Source: Trichosphaerium sp. ATCC 40318
Taxonomy: Eukaryota; Protista; Tubulinea
DNA: 64,000 bases
Direction: 5' to 3'
Assembly (NCBI GenBank): GCA_038496445.1
Contig: JALMLS010000619.1
Span: forward strand, 924-64,923
In this document: positions 36,650-49,400 of the stretch, piece by piece
Layout: each line of letters begins with the position of its first letter
How positions within the stretch are numbered: position 1 is the first letter of the stretch
Notes under the pieces: model-generated
What the model was told of the DNA's origin: nothing
The model's database searches: none
Seen by the model: only the letters and a program-made list of their open reading frames with translations
Program-made: the position numbers and the translations under genes

Positions 36650-37504
36650 ATGAACGACACAGTACGCGCCCAGCTTTTAAAAAAGGCTATAACTAAGTCA
36701 CATCCGTTTACTATCTACGCTTGTGCCAGTGGTCTAAGTATGCTCGGTATAATTGGGTACTTTAACTACAGCACACCTGGATGGGCCACAGAAGCTGTTC
36801 CAGATGAATCAGATACAATACTCTTTAAAAATGAAGAGTACACGGTCGGTAAACGACAAGACCAAAACGAAGTATACGCTATTAGTACAAGGAATGTAGG
36901 TTGGTGGTATGGATACTTACCAGAATGGTACAACTCCGAAACTACAAGTGTCGTCTTACCAAGAGGTATAAACGACATAGAACTGTATGATAAATCAGGT
37001 ACTAAGCCAAAGAGTATAGCTTTGAATCGAATCATGCCTAACTGGGAGTACAATCTTTATAGTGGAGCATGTGTTATAGGCATGTCCAGTATAAGTGGTG
37101 GAATTGGTAAACTACTCTGGTCACGTGTTAAGCTATCACAGTTCAGAAAATCATCAGTCAAATTTGGAGGTGATGTTGGTTGTATGGTTGCTTTGTATTC
37201 TATTGTTCCCGGAACTTTCTTATTGTATGGTTTAATGAACCTTGAGCATGCTTCGAAAATATTCTATGAATCAGAGAGGAATTGGCCTGACGGAGAGACA
37301 AGGTGGCCAACGTACGATACTATGGGTTTAGTCCGAAAACATGTTGGTGTTCTTGCAGGTGTATTGATCTTTAGTTTGTTTGGAGTAGCCATTACTGGAT
37401 TTCTTGTAGGTCCTCCCGGGTATTTAACTGGGACTAGGCATTCTAAAATAGTATTATCAGAATACAGAAAGTTGTATAGGCTGTACAAAAGAAAAAAATA
37501 TTGA
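36650..37504 (+). CDS. Intronless hypothetical membrane protein, 284 aa
   Basis: Uninterrupted ORF with ACCACC-ATG context, about four hydrophobic segments and a basic C-terminus. No family recognised. Confidence 0.7.
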   Translation: MNDTVRAQLLKKAITKSHPFTIYACASGLSMLGIIGYFNYSTPGWATEAVPDESDTILFKNEEYTVGKRQDQNEVYAISTRNVGWWYGYLPEWYNSETTSVVLPRGINDIELYDKSGTKPKSIALNRIMPNWEYNLYSGACVIGMSSISGGIGKLLWSRVKLSQFRKSSVKFGGDVGCMVALYSIVPGTFLLYGLMNLEHASKIFYESERNWPDGETRWPTYDTMGLVRKHVGVLAGVLIFSLFGVAITGFLVGPPGYLTGTRHSKIVLSEYRKLYRLYKRKKY

Positions 37505-38154
37505 ACCAATCAATTTTTTTTTATTTACGTTTTGGGTGAGTTTATGTGCTTACTCTGTTCGCTCACATTGTAGGCAAAACTGAGTAAAACCAGAAAAACA
37601 ACAAATTGGTATGTGCTGTAACCTTTCGGGCGAGTGTGGTTAATAATATTGTTTTATCCGCGTAACAATACGTTCTGCCAAAACTAGTGGATTTTGTAAT
37701 TTGACAATACAAATCACTTACATTTTGGACAATACACTTCGATCAGCATCTACAATAGTACAATACTCACCAAATGTTGGTGGGCATGCACGTGAACTAG
37801 TGTTACCTCTGGATATAGACATCCAGCCTTATTTAGGTCTGAGGTATATGCATCTAATGCTGAATAGTTTCTCCAGTTCTTGTTCTCACGTACAAAGTGT
37901 AATTATACCCAGCTGTAGTCCCCTTAAATTTTCAAAAGCAAATGAGTTATGGCTCTTCGTCAATGTAGATCTACCACGTTAATTAACCATTTATTGCTTG
38001 TTATGGCGAAGTAATGCTCACAGAGATAAACAAAGGTATTCAGAATTAGCTTTGTTCGTGGAGTTATTGAAAACTTTCGGAGAAAACGAGACTATTTTAT
38101 GTATGCGGGTGAAGTTACATCAAAGAGATTGTGCTCTTTGTACTGATTTTATTG

Positions 38155-38429
38155 CTAGTTCATACACTCTCCGAACTCTGGACATTTATCTCCAGGACAT
38201 GGAAAAAAGAAGACACAACAGTAATACTTGTTCAAAGGATGACCGCAATCTTCACAGGAACCAGCTGGGTCTCCAGGAGAAATCGTACATGGTATCGCCT
38301 TTGAAGAACAGTAAGAATGTGGTTGGGTATTCGGTACTTTTTTAAAAATCAAGTTGTTCGTACTTCGGTTACAGTGAAGAAGAATAAAGTAGCAAGTGCA
38401 AAGAGGATAAAAGTTGTTGAGGTGCGCAT
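38155..38429 (-). CDS. Small secreted 8-cysteine peptide precursor, copy A (69 aa)
   Basis: Exons 38429-38364 and 38298-38155, 65-nt GT-AG intron: MRTSTTFILFALATLFFFTVTE-AIPCTISPGDPAGSCEDCGHPLNKYYCCVFFFPCPGDKCPEFGECMN. AATAAA right after the stop. Confidence 0.85.
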
Positions 38430-40030
38430 GTTGTAATGGATTGGGTTGTTTAAATTTTTGTTTACTATCTATGACATTTTGTTACACAACTTGTAAATAA
38501 TGCGAGAAATAAGATCACATGTGAATGATTGTCTGTCAAAAAACCCTTTTGAAACCAATAATGGTTTCTTATTTACTTTACACGCATATTCTACTTCGTT
38601 GTTCCAAACTTTGGTTCGGACCGTTGTGTTATAAGTTTAGAGAGTGATTTTCCGCTGTATTCTCTTCTAGAAACTGTGTAGAACAACGTTTGTTGTCCAC
38701 TCGCCCAAAACCCTATTCATACCTTTACTATAACCGCGTTTTTTGTGCACGTGTCCCAAATACAGAGTGACCTCACTTTGAACTCAAACAACCATAGCAT
38801 GTCGTAACAGCCCTTCTTACAACACCTCGGTGGAAAGTAGTAATTCACACAAGATTATACGCCTCGTAGAAGCATACAAACCCTATTGGTAGTAGTAGTA
38901 TGAATATGTTGGCAAGATGAGTATGTTGGCTATCTAAATAAGTACGAAAAGCAGGTACGATGTGTGATAAAGTTGAAATGGAGACTTATTTGCCAATGCT
39001 AAAACTTCAAAAGAGTTCCTCAAAAAAGACATTTGAATCAAAATCTCTGAGATGACTAAAAATATATTTTCCAAACTGGGTTAGGCGGGAACACAATCCG
39101 TTTGGTGCGTTTTTCATCCTCCCATTTGATGGATTACGGTCAGGTTATTATACAAACAAGCACTGGAAGTCAAGAAACAACAAAATACAGAGAATCTGTT
39201 TTTTTGTGATTCTTAACAATCCTAACGTATCCTGTACCCTTATAGCCCTGAAATTCTCCACAGACGATGTACGGATTGGAACGCGAAAAGTGAATAAATC
39301 ACAAGAGAGACTAAAACCTGTACAGACGCAAAACAATTGAAAAAAATCGTTTTATATTAACAGTCTTCGTGGAAAATTACAATTTTTATTGATAGGGTGT
39401 TCACAAGGGAAAGAAAAATCTACCTCATGTCATAAATCAAAGAATTGTTGGTTTAAAGAGAATCTTAAGAAACATACAGCAAACCAGTTGCCACCTATTG
39501 GTAAAAAACCCAAAGTTCTCCAAGACTATTTTCGAATGTTCGTTATCCCTAATAGAGTCACTATAGAAACTAGCCTGTATATATGGTCTAGACAATACTT
39601 TGCAGGTTGGGTTTATTAAGTGTACACAACTTTTTTTTTGTACCTTTTAAGAGAAGATAAACCGAACGGATTTATATTCTTATATTCTGCTGTTCAAAAA
39701 AGCACAACATGACGCTTTTACACCTATATTAAGTGTTTCAGGCTTTTTGAGTACCTGTAAAGCGGGGGGCTTGCGATAGTTTGAATCACAAAGGGGCGAA
39801 AACCGTAAACACAAACGGCATAACTGCTTTTTTAATTTGCTTTTGTATTTGTTTTTGTCTATCTCAACACGCCGCTAACTTTGGTGGTGTACGGAACAAA
39901 AAAAAGTACCAAATCGCTTCGCAGTGCCGAAATAATATATCTTTAACATGACGCTGTGACAGCGTGAACATGGTACAAAAACCCAAAAGTATCACATGTC
40001 AAAAAATCAAAAAACCCAATCCATTACAAC

Positions 40031-40308
40031 ATGCGCACCTCAACAACTTTTATCCTCTTTGCACTTGCTACTTTATTCTTCTTCACTGTAACCGAAGTAC
40101 GAACAACTTGATTTTTAAAAAAGTACCGAACACCCAACCACATTCTTACTGTTCTTCAAAGGCGATACCATGTACGATTTCTCCTGGAGACCCAGCTGGT
40201 TCCTGTGAAGATTGCGGTCCTCATCTGTTGAACAAGTATTACTGTTGTGTCTTCTTTTATCCATGCCCCGGAGCTAAATGTGAAGACTTTGCAGCTTGTA
40301 TGGAGTAG
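40031..40308 (+). CDS. Small secreted 8-cysteine peptide precursor, copy B (70 aa)
   Basis: Exons 40031-40096 and 40162-40308: MRTSTTFILFALATLFFFTVTE-AIPCTISPGDPAGSCEDCGPHLLNKYYCCVFFYPCPGAKCEDFAACME. AATAAA right after the stop. Confidence 0.85.
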
Positions 40309-40908
40309 CAATAAAATCAGTACAAAGAGCACAATCTCTTTGATATCACCCTCACCCCATACAGCATCGTTTTTCTTGAAACTTTCTATTGGAAGCCACT
40401 AGACACTTTTTTACATCCAAACTACTGTCATACACTTTGAATACAATCTACAAGTTGAGTGAAAGTGACAAACTATTTTTATGATAGCCAAAAAGCAATA
40501 TTAAGTACCGATTTGGGGCCTTGCTAGTATTTCTTTGCAACCAGGCCCAAACATGCTAACTTGAAAGATAGTTGCAAATATGGTGACCTTAGAGTCAAAA
40601 ATAAAAGCTGCTCTTTCGTCCGTGGAAATAACTTTATTTCGATTTAGCCCTTAAGCTTTTAAAAAGTAACTCCCGATCAGCAAGCACGTGACTTTCTGGT
40701 CACCACCACAAAGTACTCGTTAAGGATACATCAATAGGTTAGCTTGTAGTCTAGGGGTTGCCTGTACTCACAAACCATCTCGAAAAACTAGCTTAGCGCT
40801 AAAAAATAGAGTTCAGGTCAAACCCAAGCAATGTTGACTACAGTGCACGCTTTTTGATTTGAAAATTGGTCGTTGCCTTTAACCACGTAACGCGGGAAAG
40901 TCATAGAG

Positions 40909-43900
40909 ATGGATCTACAGTTGAGAGTGATGCCTAGTAAATGAGTTAAACTACAATGCTGTTACTAATAGTAGGTTAGGATTTCGCAGCTTGCCGCACA
41001 TTTTACAGCCTCGTATACGCTCACTAGAGCAGTTTGTGCGTATTTACGAACGTTTCATTCGAAATAGCGAAGAAAAAGACAAAAACCGTTTAGAATACGT
41101 TGTACCCGTTTGTTCTCAATTCTATGGCTCTGGTATGCGTAGAAACCCTTGTTTTGAGGTTCTAAAGCATATTTTAAGGCAAAACAATATTCATGTATCA
41201 TTTGCAGTTTGTCTTTAATGACGAACACACTTTGAACGAATTCAACAGATTGACTGATATTGAGCGTAAAACTAGTAAGCGATACAATACATTATTGGCT
41301 GGAAACACACGATGGCAACAATTTAAATCTGAGAACAAAGGAACGTTTGATAAGCTTGCGAAAACACGCTTTATTACTTTACATAGTGGCGCTTCAGGTG
41401 GTATGTTTTGTAAAATGATTTGTGTTTTACTTTCTTTCACAGGAGGCGGATTTGGAGGCACTCATGAGCACGCCTTAGCTAGTTGTTTGGGAGGGAGGTT
41501 GTTGTGTAAGTTAAGGTTACATTTACTGTTTGCTGGCTAACAAACGCAAAGCTAAAACCGTTCCTTCTGACGAGTTACAACAATGGACAATTGCTTTAAC
41601 GACAGGATCATTTGGCAGTGCTTCTTCTGTTATGGTACAAGCATTGCAGCTATTCTGGAAATATCAACCCGATTCTCCAGTCTTTCTTGTCACTGATGAG
41701 TTTGAATCAGGGTTGCCACCGGTATGATATTACGTGACATTTTATGTTTCCTAACACATGAATAGCATATGGATCTTACAGAATACCTCAAGGATCTGTG
41801 TAATTTATGTACAAGAGTCTGCAAGGAGACTGGATGTGCGTTTGTTGTTGTCATAATCTAAGATGTGTTTAACTGTATTAGACCCTGGTTTTGGATTTGC
41901 GTTCAGTGGTGTTGACAAATCACTGATTGGTATCAGTGGTACACCCGGCCTATTATGTAAAACAGAGTGGATACAATTGAATGTATGTGCTCAACCGTCT
42001 CATTGGAAAATAACATAAAAGGGTAGCCTTTCAACATTGAAGATATTGTATCAATTATCAAAGCACTTTATGAAGATGGACATGAGATTATACCACCAGA
42101 ACTATGGCATGAGGCTGCTCAAGCACTCATGTATTATTTTGCAGGTCATCCTCGACATATTCGATATGCCATGGAGTGCCTAGATAAGTTGCTTATCACA
42201 AAAACTTTAGAACCAATAGTTTCAAGAAAAGACATCCACACGTGCGACTTGTACAGTGCTATATTTGTTATTTGACCATATTTAGATGGATGCGCAATGC
42301 TTTGCAGTATCTTACAGATTCTAATTTTTTTACCAATGACATCACCCGCAAGCTAAGACGTAAAGATCTCCATATAATGGCTCATGTACAATTGTACAGT
42401 GTGACTGAATTACCTTTGGTAAATACATCAGAACATGGTTGGCAACGAAATCAGCTTGCTATTGCAGGTGTTAAATTGTACATAGCAGAATATATCTACT
42501 ACGCACCTTGTGCCACTAAAATATTGCCCAATGGTACCATACCTTATAACAATAACTTAAATGTTATTTATTTGTTTTCAAGGTGATATTGTATCATGTT
42601 TGGGTTCAGTGGTGTGGTCGTACTTGAAAAAAAAAGTAGATATTGTTGGATGGAGAATTCAAGAGCGCATTGCATGGATAATGGAAATTGAAAAGAATGG
42701 TAATTGTAGCCACTAGTATAGATTATGTAACTGAAGAGTACTTTTAGTTGATATGTTAACTCTATACATTATATGGGGTCTCTTAAAGATCGTTTTACAC
42801 GAACACTTGATGCAGCATCTTGTTATCTACCAGAAATCTGCGCTCAAGGTACCTTCAAGATAGATTTCTTGTGAATTGTCTTCTGATATTTGAGCGTAGC
42901 ACATCAAAGCAAAACGTTTACAGGAAGTACTCCTGTTACCTACAATATACAATGATAAATCTGACATTGAGCAAGAGGAACCAATAGAACTATCAAAGGT
43001 ACGTTTACGGACACACACATTAATGACAGTTTGCAGGAGCTGAAACACAGTATTGCAAAATGTTTAAAACGCGGAGACGAACCATTTAATAATGTAAGAT
43101 CAATACTATCAACTGACTTTCCTTGGTTATGGTCTACAGTATGCAAGCACACCAAGACATTTGTTGGTTTGACAAAAGATAAATCACGTGCGTATAACAA
43201 TGCAAGCAAATGTTTGTTAATAAAGTGGCCGCAGGTTCATTTAGTTACATACGATTTGCTACTGGACGTGAAGATGAGTTTGTAACTGTTGGTGTATTAG
43301 ACAAGGTATGTTTTAAATTGAAGTAATTTTTACTCACTCCTCCGGGCAGTGTTATGAAGAGTTGTCTTTTCATCAATTAAAAAATGTAATTGATGAATAC
43401 AGTTCAATTACATATGAGTGTGATTCAGATCTTCATGTGATGTTGATGACAACTAGTCATGTTGGAAATCAAATCTGTGATGTATTTGGAGGAAACTATT
43501 CTTCCTTTGTCATTCAAGGTATGTGCCAACTGAAAGACCAGCATTTTTAATTTCTAAAATTCTAGCTGGACAATACTACAAGTGTAGTGTAGATGGAAAA
43601 AATACAAATAATACGACTATGTTTGTGGATATTACAACAAAGAAGATGTTTTGCAATGGTCAAGTATTTAATGTATCACGCTTGTTGTTAAAATCTACAT
43701 CGTAACTTTTTTGTTTGTAGTGTTGTGAAGCAAGTGACAATACAACCAAAGTCACACATGGTGATACTGTAATCCACTTTGATACATCATCATCAAACAC
43801 GATGTAAGCTTGTTTTTTTGCTGTATATCTTTAAAAACTGGTATAGTAACTAATAGCCTGGTAGTTGCTCACCCAACACACATTTCACAATAAGTGAAAG

Positions 43901-44469
43901 TGAGATACTCGTTATTCCAAAAAATTATGAGGTACTTGTTGCAGGTTTAGATACTTTGGAAGTGTTGGTGGGAGGTCCGTTGTTGAGATCGTTGGGCTTG
44001 ACTGAGGATTATGAAAGTCCTACAACAAGAGATATTACAGATCTTATGGATTGTACGGTCTATTGTGGAAAAAGTATTAATCCTGCTACTTAGATAATAT
44101 AACACCTCCAAAACGCTTGCAAAAAGACGTAAAAAAAAGGAATAGAGATACTGATGTGTGTACTACGCAAATCAAGAAGCCTCGCCTTACAGATTACAAC
44201 GTTGATTTGATGGTGCAGCAAAAAAAAAGAGTTATTGGCTTTGATAAACATGATTGTGTGATTAATATCCTTGTAAAATTGGGGTACAGAACACGTAACC
44301 TTCACATGGAAGTAAATGGGGAAAGAGTAAACAAGTTTATGCTGATGACAAATGTGCAAGCATTGGCTGTACGTATAAATTACTGTAAATGAAGTTAACT
44401 TATTTTCTGTAGAAGAAAAATAATTGTGATATTAACGTAATTGACGATAGTTATTGTACCATCTTGTAA
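40909..44469 (+). CDS. Crinkler-type P-loop NTPase with degenerate REase-like region, basic NLS-like tail and CaaX box
   Basis: Walker A split by an intron, VVPVCSQFYGSG|KT; Walker B VFLVTDEFE; YFAGHPRHIRY (GxPR). Later TKDKS...VTVGVLDK..EELSFHQLKNVIDEY and EVLVAGLDTLEVLVG. Last exon 44413-44469 is KKNNCDINVIDDSYCTIL*. Confidence 0.65.
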
Positions 44470-44679
44470 AGAGGTAATTAGGCCTAGTAATAATAAAATG
44501 ACTTGTGTCTTGAATCTAACTCTTTGATATTTATTAGAACAATAAAGTGCCTACCAAGCCTGGACATATTCCTTCTACGTGACAAGAAGCACGCTTTTAA
44601 AAATTAACAGGCACAATCACGCTACATTAAGGCTAACTCAGAACTAGTGCACGTCACGTCTGAACGCAAATTAAGTTTA

Positions 44680-45720
44680 TTCAGTGACTGTTGGTACTTG
44701 TACATCCTGAAGACTTTCTGGAAATCTACTGAATTGTACGCTTAGCATTCTGTCGATGTTCTATTTTTCGAAGAATACAATTTGCTTATGTTTCTTTTTC
44801 TACAATTCAATTAGTTCTATCGATAAATGTTGCGTACCGCGATTGCTTTCAAATCAACTATTGTATATTTATCATATATTGTGTCCTCATCAGTAAGTCT
44901 TACATGCATAGGTCCAAGGCAGAAGCTTTGGCGCACTTCATCTGCTAACCCGCTTGCCGTTGAATCTTGGGCATACTTTATGGCGTAGTCAATATGAGGT
45001 GCTTGTTTTGGTTGCACAAGACACTTGGGCAGTTTTTTTTCTAGTTTGCCCAGAATATGTACTTTCGTCTCCTACTCTTTTCAAACTCGTTGTGGTGCCT
45101 TAATTAATTTATCAGTTTAACTCAGGTACATTCAACATACCTGTCATGAGATTGCAAAGATATTGCATTTGAGCCCGCCTGTTGTCTGGTTTGGATTGCA
45201 AATATTGAAACAAAACTTTCCCATTTTTTTTCCATCAACTCACTGTTAGCTAGAAGCACTTCATGGTTAGGTTTAATTAAACAGAATTGCTTCTCAGTGA
45301 CTAGATCATTAGCCGATAAAAAACTAACAACATTAGTTCTAAATTCTCAGAATTTTCCGCAAACACATGGATTATTTCCAAAATAACTCCAAAGTAGTTT
45401 TCAACAGACCGCCAATCGAGAATGGGATAGAATTAATCCATTCGTGGTATTCCTTGACAGGTATAAACCCGTCTGCGCAAATATAAGTACAAATTGTAGT
45501 ACTTAACTCACCCAAGAGTTTTTCCAAAAAGAGCAACAATGCCACGCACTAGCAAGGCGATTTTTGTACCGGATTGTTTTTCTGTAGCGAGGATTATTCG
45601 TAATACAACGTGACTTACTTTTAACTTTTATAAAGCGTGTCCTTCTCAGAGAACTGAACACGGTTTCGTTTTGTTGTGCATGTCTCATCCAGTCCGAGTC
45701 TTGGCTTTCGCTACGAAAAT
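44680..45720 (-). pseudogene. Multi-exon hypothetical gene or pseudogene
   Basis: Exon-like segments with GT-AG boundaries (..LRRTRFIKVK|KKQSGTKIALLVRGIVALFGKTL|DGFIPVKEYHEW..; ORF 44817-45017), but a frameshift is needed at the A8 run near 45225. No family recognised. Confidence 0.35.
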
Positions 45721-46482
45721 GATCGAGATGTTCTTACGGAGCGCTAGTATTGTTGAGCTAAACTCGTCGACAAACCAGTGCGGTTGTAACTTGCATATGT
45801 ATTTTTTTCAAAGGCGCTACTCCTACGCACAGAGAATTGCTATGGAGTAATGTTACCAAGCGAACGAAAACTGAATAAACGCTCTAAAGCATGGAAATAC
45901 TGCCAACATCACACTATGCCGATTTGTAGTTGCAAAGGCTTTTTTCTGAAGTTGTCCTCAATTGGAATTACCACACGCGCGTACCATAGCGAGAAATAAA
46001 AGCACACTGTGAGCTATAAAACCGTAGCCCTCTTTGACCCAAGTAGAGTTTCTACAAACACATAACGTTGTTACACAACGTCAGAAGGATCAGCTAGCTG
46101 TTTATTTGACTAATCAACAATCGGTGCAACAAAACAGCAAGAACAACGGCGAAACGCTTCCTATTAGCGTTTTTGAGGCTTTTCGGAAAAGTTCTGCGTA
46201 ATTGCGCTTAGACACTAAAACTACCGACGCTCTGGTATTTGCAACTCGTTTTGTTCTAACTCGCGAGCGCTTTGTGCCAGCAACACGCGTTTGCGACGTT
46301 GTATGAGAAGAAAAATAACAAAGCAGCTATGCGCAGCGCAAGCCCTTTGAAGTGTAGTATGAGCATAAATAAACACTACCTACTTATCGCTATTTGGACC
46401 TGTTTGAATGAACGCGTTTGAAAAATATTGAAAATACAAAATTTTAAAATTGGCGGCAAAAACACCTAAACACAAACACGCC

Positions 46483-49400
46483 ATGTCTTCCAGCCTAAAG
46501 TGGTCCGACGTGCTTTGCGAAGAAGAAAAAAGTTGTGTAAATGTAGCACTTCACCCGGACGGACAGTACGCGCCTCATTACGTCTTTTAGCGTACTAAGA
46601 CTATATGGAGGCATATATTTCTGTGTTCTCACGAAAACAACGATGTTACAGTGTTAGATATCAAAAACAGTGATGCCAACCCAGAAATTGTGCCACACGA
46701 GGAAGGAGTATACGCAGTAACGACTACTATAAAAGTAAGCGTTAAAAAAAAAGAATCAAGACTAACGTAAACGTAGGGTGATATGTTTGCTACAGCTTGT
46801 GGCGATCGTGGGTTGTATTTGTACGAGTACCCTTCAAAAGGTGGCAATTTCACAAAAACACTCTTAACACGCTTCGAAAACGCTGTATATGACGCAAAGT
46901 TCGATCCTACAGATGAACGTGTCGCTGGCGCAGGGTACGTTTCTTAAATTTGCTCATCAACGCAAAAACAGCGTTAAATACTAGCGAAATGCACCGCAGC
47001 TTTGTTTCTAGCAGTTCTGATCATTTTTTTTTTCAACGGTTAATTAAATATTTGAAACTAATCAGAGTTTTCTAGCGCTGACGGTGTCATTCGTATTGTT
47101 TCAGTAGTTGGAGGCGATTTAAAGCTATTAAAGGGACATACTAGCTCTGTTACAACAGTTGCTTTCGATCCACAACGAAAATACCTTGTACGTTTAGAAC
47201 CCGCTCGACGTTGTCCTTGAATACACAATTGAGCTCCAAACGATCTCTCTGTGACGTTCTTTTACTGTCACAAAACTTTTTATTTCATTTCATTTCTTAC
47301 GCCGATTCTAGGCTTCTACAAGTACTGATTGTACTTTACGCATATGGAATCTAGACAAAGAAGAAGATTCAGAAGTACACAAAGCGGAAATGCTCCCTAA
47401 GGGCGGAATTACACAAAAACAACCTCATCGCATATCCTGGAATATTGATGGCTCACTTCTCGCTGTGCCAACTGCAAAAGGTATGCGCGATGCGCGTTTT
47501 TCTTGTTTTTTGTGTTTTTCGTGTATTTTTAATGATTGTCTCGTTAGGTGTCGTTTTATTACAACGTGGCAGTTGGAAGGTTGTTGGAGAGTTTAAAGAG
47601 CATAATGTAGAAGCAGTTGCAACGGTACGTGCTGTTCCTTTTTTTCTTTTGGTTTTTTTTTCTTATTTTTTTTTTGTAGATGTTTTCTCCTCGTGGTGAG
47701 TTCTTAGTTTCCAGTCATGTTGATGGAAGTGTTTTATTATGGAATGTAAAAACAAAAGAGTCTTTAGAGCGTCACAGATGTGATTCTCGCGTTACTTCAA
47801 TGGCATGGAATACTAAGGTAAACGCCTGAGGTTTTGAACTATTTTTGGTCTAGTTCGTTTTTAACTGTTCTTTTAGGATAATGCTGTCATTCTAGTCAAC
47901 GAGGACGGCGAGTTTGCTGTATGGGATAACATACTCTCTTCACACATGAAGCGTGAAGAGACTGGTACTGTAAAGAAAAACCCTATCGACTCTCAAAGAA
48001 AGCAGATTGAGAAGTGCGTTGTACTTCTTTTTTATTTCTCCTACTTCGCTTCTTCTAACCGACCTTGATGTAGTTTAACCAGTATGTTCCTTGATGATGA
48101 GTGCGATGTTGATGAAGATGTTGAGATGGAACAAATCTCTGCTGCTAATATCATAACGTGCGTAACGAAGCTATGAAAAAAAAAACCTAAGAACCTACCT
48201 GGATTTCTAATTCGACAGATATTTTTCTGCCCTCGTGACTGTTTATTGTCAACTTTATTTTCCCGCGTATATGTATTTTCCTTGGTTATTTTTTGACAGT
48301 ATGTTTAGTAAACCAACGACAAAGCAAACGAAAAAAGTAAATAGACGTGTTGCTAAATCATCGAAAGTCTTGGACTCTGATGAAGAAGATGAGTTATTAG
48401 GCCAACTCGCACAAGAAGAAGAAGAAATGGATGATATTCCTGAAACACAAATACCTGTACGTCTCAATTGTGACATGAGTAGTAGACTGTGAATCTGACT
48501 TTTTCGAAAACTAGGATTACGTTGATTTTGAAACAAAAAGATTTGGATCTGTTGACAAACAAAGACAAACAACACTCACCAGTCACTTGAAACCTGTACA
48601 TATTGATGATATTTCACCAACTGTTAGAGCACCTCAAGCTCCTTTTCAACCAAATGCTTCGCCTATTGGAGAACAAAGAAGGTTTCTCGGTGCGTTTTAA
48701 TTTCAAATCCTATTTTTTTCTCTTTTTTCTTGTTTTTAACGATTTCGCGCTTACATTGATTTTTTTAGCTTGGAACAACCATGGTTCAGCAGTATCACGA
48801 TACGACGGTGTTACTTCTTATATTGACATTGAGTTTGCTGACTTGGGACGTCACAGAAACTTCAGCCTTTCCAAAAATTTTGCAATCGGTACGTTGGGTT
48901 TTTTTGTGTTGTTCAACGGTTTTTTACTGATTGTAACGCCTAGATTTCGGCGCTGTTGCTGATGACGCTTTGGTATTAGCTAGCCCTGGCACCCTTTTCT
49001 ACAGAAAATATGATAACTTTATGTGGGAGTCATCTCAAGGGTGGTCAATCAATCTAGTAGACAAAGAAGCCATTCAACGTACACGCTTTTTTTTTCACAA
49101 AATGTCAGGCGTCAGCCGCTTGTACTTTACCGTTATTACTCGTTCTGTTGTGGCTAAGACGTATGTATAGTTCTTGCTGCTGGTACTGGATTTGTTGCTA
49201 TTGGTACAACAAACAACTACGTCCGCATCTTTTGCTCTGGTGGTATGGAAAAGTACGTCTTTCTTATCTGTTTTTTTTATACTTGACACGTCATTAACGT
49301 TATTTACTTCTAGAGCCATCCTTTGTTTCGGTCCTTTACTGTCAATGTCTGCTCAAGAGCATATTCTCGCTATTGTATACCATGCAGGCATGTACTCTAT

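Larger units (their letters stand above)
38119..40343. repeat. Inverted duplication (arms ~38119-38460 and ~40005-40343) carrying the two peptide genes
   Basis: The arms are reverse complements including 5' leader, intron and 3' UTR, with a ~1.55 kb unique spacer. Confidence 0.9.

Noticed and set aside
36766-37509. Antisense ORFs inside the 284-aa gene
   Set aside because: Shadow ORFs with no independent coding signal.
38950-39620. Coding-like sequence in the spacer between the peptide genes
   Set aside because: Multiple stops in every frame and no recognisable family; at most a decayed relic.
41380-41470. HSGASGG..GGT as a Walker A motif
   Set aside because: It lacks the Lys; the real Walker A is GSG|KT split by the intron at ~41132-41178.
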